The notes beneath the pieces are model-generated. The model was not told where the DNA came from, did no database searches, and saw only the letters and a program-made list of their open reading frames with translations. A stretch of DNA of 64,000 bases, taken from assembly GCA_965206695.1 (NCBI GenBank), contig CBDBKM010000011.1:64001-128000 (forward strand), in the 5' to 3' direction. The translations under genes were made by a program, and so were the position numbers. This DNA comes from Chlamydiales bacterium (GTDB lineage Bacteria > Chlamydiota > Chlamydiia > Chlamydiales > JAAZZY01). This document shows, one piece after another, positions 55,988-64,000 of the stretch. Each line of letters opens with the position of its first letter. Positions within the stretch are counted from its first letter, which is position 1.

Positions 55988-56925
55988 TATAGTACTTTAA
56001 TTTTTATTTGATAATATGTTATCCTTCTTTTTTTATACAAACAATAAGGACAAAACAATGCCTAGAGCCTATTCAGTAGATCTTCGAGAGAAAGTATGAC
56101 AACATATAGAAAAACATCATGATAAAAAAACAGCCGGCCATATTTTTCAAGTAGGTATCGCAACAATATATCGATGGATCTTGCAAAAAAAGCAAAAAGG
56201 ACATTTAAAGCCAATCCGCAGAAAATATGCTTATAAGAAATTAGATGATGAGTTGTTATCTAAATATGTAGAAAAACATCCGGATTATTTTTTATCGGAA
56301 ATTGCTGATTATTTTTCAGTCACTCCGCAAACGATTTTTTATGCCCTTAAAAGATTAAAAATTACACGAAAAAAAAACTACTCGCTATAAGGAAAGAGAT
56401 GAAAAGAAACGGGAAGCTTTTATGAAAGATTTAAAAAATATTCCCTTTGACAAGAGAATTTATCTCGATGAAACCGGGATTCATCAATTTTTATTTCGTG
56501 AGTCCGGAAGAAGCTTACGCGGCAAAAAAGTTTTTGGAGCGGTTTCAGGAAACCGCTTTATAAGGCAAAATATTATTTCAGCCCTATCTAAAGGGCAGTT
56601 TTTATCTCCAATGTGTTTTGAAGGTACTTGTAATACCGGGTTATTCAATATTTGGCTTAAAGAAGTTTTGACTCCTCAGCTTACACCCGGTAGTGTTCTT
56701 ATTCTTGACAATGCCGGTTTTCACAAGTCAGCGGAAAGCAGGAAAACAGTAGAATCTGCCGGTTGTAAGCTTATGTTTCTTCCTCCATATTCTCCGGACT
56801 TAAATCCTATAGAAAAATATTGGGCTAATATGAAAAATAAAGTTAGAGAGATATTACGAAAAGTTACGAATTTTAAATTCGCCATTGATCAAGCAATCTT
56901 ATCAATGTAAAATTAAACGACTATA
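55988..56925 (+). mobile_element. IS630 type C copy 4, defective (TGA, A9)
   Basis: Near-identical to 12483-13420. Confidence 0.95.
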
Positions 56926-59900
56926 CTAACAGACATAGAGTCATAACCATAAGAAGAGATTCTATGCGTTCGAGTTTTGTCAGAAAAAAAGATGAAACCA
57001 AAAAATCAGGACTTTTTAAAAAACGAAAACCTCTTTCAACACTTTGTTGAGATGTGTAAGTAGATAGAATTTCGTTAGCCGAAAACTTTGAATTTAAGTC
57101 ATTTGTTGATAGCACAAAATAACCTTTGCTATTTTCCATTGCTTCTTTGTGCTTTAGTGAACAGGCAAAATATCTTCTCACTTGATAACCTGTTGTTAAA
57201 GGAGATTTTCCTTTTTGAGGACGTCCAACAGTGGGATATTTCTTCACCTCTTTAATCTCCGGGTTACCAATCTCTAAATATTTATATTTAGAAGATTCCC
57301 GTTTAAAACGTTTAAGGGCCATCCTCGCGACAGCTAAAAATATCTTTAGAAAACCTTAAGAAGGACTTGATTTCTTTTTCAGAACCCTTCTTATACCGCT
57401 TAACCAAACTCTTGCATTCTCTTTCATACGCAGATTGGCTAAAAATAACCACCACCTTTGATCAACATCGGCATACGAAGTCAAATACTAACAGGCCTTA
57501 TACCCACTTCCTAAATTTATCATCTTAGATTGAGAGGCCTTGTTAATAGATTCTTGAGCTAATTTGATCTGAGAGGAAACCCGTATTATAAAAAAACTAC
57601 CGGCGCTACTTAAGGCTTTGATACTATCCGGAGTAAATAAAGCGCTATCACCTACTAAATAACGGTTCTCTACAGCCTTTCTAAGGCTCGTAGCGTGTTT
57701 TGAAATAATTTTCGTAAATGCCGTTTTATCGCTACTATTACCACTAGCCGTCTGCATGAAAAGAGAAAGGTTTCCTTGAATTGGAAGTAATGAGTTATAA
57801 TACGGTTTGATTAAGATCCGGTCGATGATCTCGACTATGTCCATGAAACAAGCCGTATCTGAGACTCATCTTGTTCCAAAAGGCCGTAATAATCTCCGTC
57901 TACGTGAAAACTTGTCGAATCTAAATATAGGCTCCCGACCTCTATATCTAATACGGACATGGTTCTTAAAGCTATCTTTGTATAGAGATTGGAGATTCCT
58001 AATGAAAATAACTTATCAAGAGTACGACCTAAAACATTATCATCTATTTGTTCGGTTTTTACCGAATTACCAAGTAAATGATCGATCAGTTTATCCGACA
58101 TTCCTAGACCGTAAGATATTTTTTTTGAATTAGAATTATAGATTGCCTATCCTGTTACTTTTTATTTGATACAAGGAGAAAAGTTATGCCGGAAGTTGCA
58201 GGAGATAATATTCAAACAGTGAACATGGATCACCATGGATTAATTGCAGCACTTTGCAGCGATCTAAAAATAGCGGAAAGGATTGATACCGGATTAAAAA
58301 ATCATCCACAAAGAAAAGTAAGTGCGGGACAGGCAGTAATTGCAATGATTCTGAATGGATTAGGGTTTACTAATAGACGTCTCTACCTAACACATCAATT
58401 TTTTGCTTCTAAATCGATAGAGAATTTACTTGGCAACAATCTTCGAGCAGAAGATCTCACAGATTATACTTTAGGTCATGCTTTGGATGATATTGCGAAA
58501 TATGGGAGCAGTAAATTATTTGCTGAAGTTTCTTTTGGAATAGCCCTAGACCATGATTTACTACAAAAAACGCATCATCTAGATACAACAAGCTTTTCCG
58601 TTCATGGGTCGTATGAAGTGAAAGATGATCCGCAAGTGATTGAGATTAAGCAGGGTTATTCTAAAGATCATAGACCTGATTTGAAACAAGTTGTACTTTC
58701 TCTCGTTACCAATGGTCCGAGTTCTATGCCTCTATGGATGGAAGCCTTAGACGGCAATAGTTCTGATAAAGCAAGTTTTCATGAGACGCTCAAAAAAATC
58801 AGTGAATTTCAACAACAGATTGATGTAAAAACAAAGTTTAAGTGGGTTGCCGATTCAGCGTTATACACAAAAGAAAAGCTCTTAAAAAATAATGATTATA
58901 AATGGCTCACCCGAGTTCCCGAGATAATAGGAGAAGCAAAAAGATTAGTAGAAAAACCGGAAGAAGAAATTGATTGGATTGATCAGGAGAAAGGATATAA
59001 AACATGCAGCTTCACCTCTTTTTATGGAGGGATTAAACAAAGATGGCTTTTGGTTTTTTCAGAGCAAGCCTATCAGAGAGAGATAAAATCATTAGAAAAA
59101 AAATTGACCAAGGCAGAAGAAAAGCTCAAGAAACAACTTTGGCATTTGGGTAATGAGGAATTTAAATGCGAAAGTGATGCTAAAAAAGCTTGGGGCAGAT
59201 TGACTAAAAAAAATCATTTATATTCCATGAATAGTGAGATATTGCCGATTCTAAAATATGGTAAATTAGGCAAACCTAAACAAGGAGAGGAAAAACAAGT
59301 TGTTGGATACAAGATTCATGCTAGCTTTGAAAGGGAAGAAGAAGAAATTAATAAACTGATGAATAGAAAAGGACGGTTTATTTTAGCTGCGAATGACACC
59401 GATAGAGAAAATTATAAAGATGAGATGATGTTAGAAGAATATAAAGAACAGCAAAAGGTTGAAGGAGGGTTTCGCTTTTTAAAAGATCCTTGGTTTATGG
59501 TTGATTCTATTTTTTTAAAAACCCCTCGACGCATTGAAGCATTAATGATGGTTATGACATTGTGTTTAATGGTTTATAATATCGGACAATATCAACTTCG
59601 ACAAAAATTGATAGAAACAGAAGAGACATTACCCAACCAATTAGGAAAGGAAGTCAAAAATCCAACATTAAGATGGATTTTCCAAATTATGGAAGGTATC
59701 GGAATAATCCGTTTTTTTCAGAAGACTTCCCGGAGAATTTGTAAAGAAATGATCACAAATTTAACCCGTCTTCGGAAAAAGATTATTGTTTTGTTTGGAA
59801 AGACTGCAATGAGGATGTATGGCTTAATTAGAAAAACTTGTTTAGAGGTCTAGGAATGTCGGGTTTATCTTCAAAATATTCAGAATACAAATAAAGTGTT

Positions 59901-60076
59901 CTACCTACAAAACCTAATCCGGTGAGAAGCATAGATTTGACGCATTCGCCAAAGGTTAAACTTTTATTTTGGGCTTGAACACCACATTCTCCGTCAATTA
60001 TGTCACAAATACCAATCGCATCGCACATGCCTGCAACAAGACCAAGATTATCTATATTTTGGGAACTCAATTTCAT
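56926..60076 (-). pseudogene. Decayed second-type IS1634 transposase (N-terminal and central parts), interrupted by intact IS1634
   Basis: NLGLVAGMCD...GLGFVGRTLY...FEDK|LID...YLDSTSF...GNSSDK...VGDSALF...QQSVERGFRFLK...LMVMTLCLLV. Confidence 0.88.
58095..59862 (+). mobile_element. IS1634-family element copy 2, intact transposase 58186-59853
   Basis: Same TIRs as copy 1, GTTTAT target duplication; protein differs from copy 1 at V29I. Confidence 0.95.
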
Positions 60077-60101
60077 AGAAAAAAATCTAACCTATTTCTA
60101 T

Positions 60102-60999
60102 TAGACTTCTTTCGAAATGCATCATATGAGTTCCAAATTATAAATTCCCGCAATAAGATTGAACTGCAAAGCAAACCTTTTTCGTCTATTTCGATAACGA
60201 TCGGAAATGATTTTAAAGCGTTTGATCACTCCTATCACATTTTCATTCAAAACACGTTCCCTTGATAATTGTCTATTATTTTTCTTATCTTCTTTAGTTA
60301 GAGCCTTCTTCTTACTTTTCTTTTTTTGCATATTTGGTATTAGCATGAAGCTTTTTTAATCCTTGATATCCCGTATCCGTTAATACGCTTATTCCCGGAT
60401 GAATTTTTATTTTTGATTCCTTAAACAGTCTAAAGTCATGTCTTCTACCATTAGAAAATGCAGTACAAATAATCTGTCGTGTTTTTTTATCTACTATAAC
60501 CTGAGTCTTTAAGGTATGCTTTTTCTTTTCCCCCGAGTAGAATTTTTTTTGGGCCTTTCAACGGCTGTTTCCGTGGCATCTATTAAAATAAGCTCATATG
60601 CCGAATCGTTTTTTAAAAGTGCTTTACGACTGGGTAAAGCAAAATCAGGGTGCTTAATAAGTGTACCTTCAACCCACTTTATACTTTTATAAGCACTGCT
60701 TTCACTTATACCGGAACTTTGACTGATATAAAAATAGGTCCTATATTCTCTCATATACTCTCAAGTCATTAATAATGTATCTTCTAAACTTAGTTTCTTT
60801 TTTCTTCCGGTAAGAGTTCTTCCGGTTTTAATTGATGTGTTTAATATGAATATCATTCTATCGAATGTTGATTTTTTTATACCCGTTAAACGACGAAATT
60901 TTTCATCTTTCAAAGCTCGAATTTTTTCAAATTTCATGATACAAACCTACTTTTAAAATAGGATATTATAATCAAAAATTTAATTTCGAAAGAAGTCTA
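60102..60999 (-). mobile_element. IS5-family (ISL2 group) element, pseudogenised
   Basis: 17-bp perfect TIRs TAGACTTCTTTCGAAAT; MKFEKIRALKDEKFRRLTG, LIDATETAVERPKK, RVLNENVIG...RYRNRRKRF. Confidence 0.9.
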
Positions 61000-61002
61000 T
61001 TC

Positions 61003-61931
61003 CGCCCTTTCAACATTGAAGTGCAACAAATAGGAAGAATTTGAAAATGGCCAAATGCCGGCAAAATCTCTATAGTAAATTTTTGCAAAAAAAAACTATG
61101 GAGGGATTTTTTATGCCTAAAGGCTACCGGCATTTAACCTACGAACAAAGGTGCCAAATATGTACTTTAAAAAAAAAGAGGAGATTCTGTTGATTCTATT
61201 TCGCAGGAATTAAATGTTAATAAAACTACTGTTTATCGAGAGTTAAAAAGAAATAGCTATGAAGGCAGATATATCTATTTTGCAGCACAAATCAAAACTA
61301 AAAGAAGGCGTTCAAAAGCGAGCAGTAAAACAAAGAAAATGACCCCTGAACTACTTATGAAGATAGAAAGTAAATTACTGCTTCAATGGAGTCCTGTTCA
61401 AATATCCGGTCGATTGAAAGAAGAAGAAGGCCTGCTTATCAGCCACGAAAGTATTTATCGTCATATTTGGAAAGATAAACGAAATTGGGGCAATTTATAT
61501 AAAAATTTAAGACACAAAGGTAAGAAGTATAAAAAGCGAGGTTCAGATAAAGCAGGCCGAGGCTGTATTCCCAATAGAGTCGATATTGATAAAAGACCTT
61601 GTATTGTCGATGAAAAAACAAGAATAGGAGATTTTGAATTAGATACGATAATAGGCAAAAATCATCAAGGAGTGATTGTTTCTATTGTTGATCGTGCTTC
61701 TAAATATACGATGCTTATGAAGGTAAAGTCTAAACAAGCCCTCGGTGTTGCCGATGCTTTAATTACCTGTTTAAAGCCTGTTAAGGATAGAGTTCACACA
61801 TTAACAGCAGATAATGGTTTAGAGTTTTCTCGGCATCAAGAAGTAAGTTCAACACTCAAAGCAGAGTTTTATTTTGCTAAACCCTATCATTCCCGGGAAA
61901 GAGGGTTGAATGAACATACGAATGGGTTAGT
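61003..61931 (+). mobile_element. IS30 copy 2, 3'-truncated by IS630
   Basis: Near-identical to 15651-17704 left part; one extra A in a homopolymer near 61170; sequence ends at the IS630 TA. Confidence 0.93.
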
Positions 61932-62865
61932 TATAGTACTTTAATTTTTATTTGATAATATGTTATCCTTCTTTTTTTATACAAACAGTAAGGACAAAAC
62001 AATGCCTAGAGCCTATTCAGTAGATCTTCGAGAGAAAGTATGACAACATATAGAAAAACATCATGATAAAAAAACAGCCGGCCATATTTTTCAAATAGGT
62101 ATCGCAACAATATATCGATGGATCTTGCAAAAAAAGCAAAAAGGACATTTAAAGCCAATCCGCAGAAAATATGCTTATAAGAAATTAGATGATGAGTTGT
62201 TATCTAAATATGTAGAAAAACATCCGGATTATTTTTTATCGGAAATTGCTGATTATTTTTCAGTCACTCCGCAAACGATTTTTTATGCCCTTAAAAGATT
62301 AAAAATTACACGAAAAAAAAAACTACTCGCTATAAGGAAAGAGATGAAAAGAAACGGGAAGCTTTTATGAAAGATTTAAAAAATATTCCCTTTGACAAGA
62401 GAATTTATCTCGATGAAACCGGGATTCATCAATTTTTATTTCGTGAGTCCGGAAGAAGCTTACGCGGCAAAAAAGTTTTTGGAGCGGTTTCAGGAAACCG
62501 CTTTATAAGGCAAAATATTAGCCCTATCTAAAGGGCAGTTTTTATCTCCAATGTGTTTTGAAGGTACTTGTAATACCGGGTTATTCAATATTTGGCTTAA
62601 GGAAGTTTTGACTCCTCAGCTTACACCCGGTAGTGTTCTTATTCTTGACAATGCAGGTTTTCACAAGTCAGCGGAAAGCAGGAAAACAGTAGAATCTGCC
62701 GGTTGTAAGCTTATGTTTCTTCCTCCATATTCTCCGGACTTAAATCCTATAGAAAAATATTGGGCTAATATGAAAAATAAAGTTAGAGAGATATTACGAA
62801 AAGTTACGAATTTTAAATTCGCTATTGATCAAGCAATCTTATCAATATAAAATTAAATGACTATA
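61932..62865 (+). mobile_element. IS630 type C copy 5, defective (TGA, 5-nt deletion in ORF B)
   Basis: Near-identical to the other type C copies. Confidence 0.95.
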
Positions 62866-63111
62866 TATGCAGCTATCGAGCACAAGGTTCGCGAAAAATT
62901 AAAAGAAAATGGTGAGTACTTTCTCAATCAAAAGAAAAGGCCTGCTCAAAATCCGACAACTCGTTGGATCTTTTTCTACTTTTTGGGATTGCACATTGTT
63001 CTAATCAATGGGGAAAAACGCGAAGTAACGAATTTAAAAGGAAGACATGCAATTATTTTATGCTGTTTAGGACCGCCCTACGAAAAATTATATTATTCTG
63101 AACTATGGTGA
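62866..63111 (+). pseudogene. C-terminal fragment of the decayed IS1634 transposase
   Basis: YAAIEHKVREKL...NQKKRPAQNPTTRWIF continues ...TLCLLV of 56926. Confidence 0.85.
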
Positions 63112-63208
63112 TGAATCTCAGATCAAAGTAATTGGATTTGTATTGGCTTATGGATTTTCTAAATTAAACCTTTAGCTACATCGAACTTAGGTTATAAAAT
63201 ATAGGTAA

Positions 63209-64000
63209 CTAAACAGGCTTTAATATACCTATTACGAATCCTTGGAAATTTCCGTTCCCTACTTCTCCTAGATAACAATGGGTAAGAAGATCTTTACCCG
63301 AACGCATTTTAAGTAAGAGCCGAAGCGATTGACGTTGATCCAGTTTAATACTTTCTAAAGTATGTTTCCAATCATCCATGCCTTGTTGAACTAAACTATT
63401 AAAGTTTTTGACAAATTTATCAGAATTCCATCCCAGTAAACCCTTAATGGATTTACTGGCAAAAATAAGTTGAGAATCTTTTTTAGAATAAATCAAAATA
63501 ACCGCTTTTTTAATATTTTGAAAATTTCCAAATAAACGTCTTTGATCGATAGCTAAACTGCCTAAAGTAAAATCAGAAAATAATGCATCTTTTTTAGCTA
63601 AATGGCTCGCGCCTGTTAATTGACTTGCAATACCAATACATTTTGCCAGCTGCGCTTGAGGCCTATCTTTTTCAGTAATATTTTCTTCAAAAGAAGTCTC
63701 TTCATTGGGCTCTGTGGTATTTGAAAAACCGAACTCTTCTGCCTCAATTGCAACATAATTATCAGGTAATTCATGGTTATCATCTAAAGATTCTTTGAGC
63801 TTTAAAAGCGTCTTAACTTCATAAGTTAAATCATTAACTCTTCCTTGCAAAGATCCAATATCTCCTTGTCTTTTTTCAATGACTGTTCTTTGACGCGCAC
63901 AAGTATCTCTATATTCAGCTAACATAATCTCTTTTTGATCTACCTGATCTTGCAGCTCCTGAGAAAACGCTGCAAATTCTAACTCTCTTTCTTTACAAAA
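63209..64000 (-). CDS. Chlamydial coiled-coil protein, UPF0242/CT616-like (partial, runs off window)
   Basis: Frame open to the window edge; coiled coil followed by AIDQRRLF...LIYS...LIFA...LLGW..DKF PAS-like region; family call from memory. Confidence 0.6.
   Translation of the reverse strand, partial: FCKERELEFAAFSQELQDQVDQKEIMLAEYRDTCARQRTVIEKRQGDIGSLQGRVNDLTYEVKTLLKLKESLDDNHELPDNYVAIEAEEFGFSNTTEPNEETSFEENITEKDRPQAQLAKCIGIASQLTGASHLAKKDALFSDFTLGSLAIDQRRLFGNFQNIKKAVILIYSKKDSQLIFASKSIKGLLGWNSDKFVKNFNSLVQQGMDDWKHTLESIKLDQRQSLRLLLKMRSGKDLLTHCYLGEVGNGNFQGFVIGILKPV

Noticed and set aside
49942..56925. Composite transposon of inverted IS630 copies carrying uup and the APC permease
   Set aside because: Outer flanks are unrelated, a TA duplication is uninformative, and IS density makes chance bracketing likely.
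49040..61180. Single-base homopolymer frameshifts in IS630 type B copy 2 and IS30 copy 2 as programmed regulation
   Set aside because: Equally explained by slippage mutation or sequencing error; sister copies are in frame.
63178..63195. CGAACTTAGGTT resembling an IS982-type end
   Set aside because: No partner repeat or transposase remnant recognised.

Overview
AT-rich chromosomal window from an environmental Chlamydiota genome. The assignment rests on the 16S Chlamydiales signature CGGCGTGGATGAGGCAT, the chlamydial sctJ-K-L-R-S-T T3SS operon, a large chlamydial-type PBP2 and the rpsB-tsf-pyrH-frr-mcsA-mcsB block. A conserved core (about 20-43.5 kb: rpoD, DinG-like helicase, lpdA, lipA, T3SS, pbp2, translation genes, 4 tRNAs) is flanked by two IS-saturated regions (about 8.5-19.8 kb and 43.5-63.2 kb). 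These hold IS630 (four types), IS30, IS5, IS1634, IS701 and IS200/IS605 elements, many nested, plus several MITE families. Also present are a minus-strand rRNA operon, a TpsB (ShlB/FhaC) transporter, a rhodanese, an ABC-F ATPase, an APC permease and an intact class D beta-lactamase. The most notable observations are: (1) an immobilised IS605 with intact TnpB and omega-RNA (predicted TAM TTTAT), plus a diverged stand-alone omega-RNA-like copy 34 kb away with a different guide; (2) a blaOXA-like gene bracketed by inverted 171-bp MITEs; (3) an IS630 at the exact centre of a ~260-bp palindrome; (4) CCGG enrichment suggesting a CCGG methyltransferase plus Vsr-type repair; (5) footprints of IS-mediated rearrangement. 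No CRISPR array or clearly new multi-gene system is evident. All calls come from reading the sequence and motifs, without database searches.
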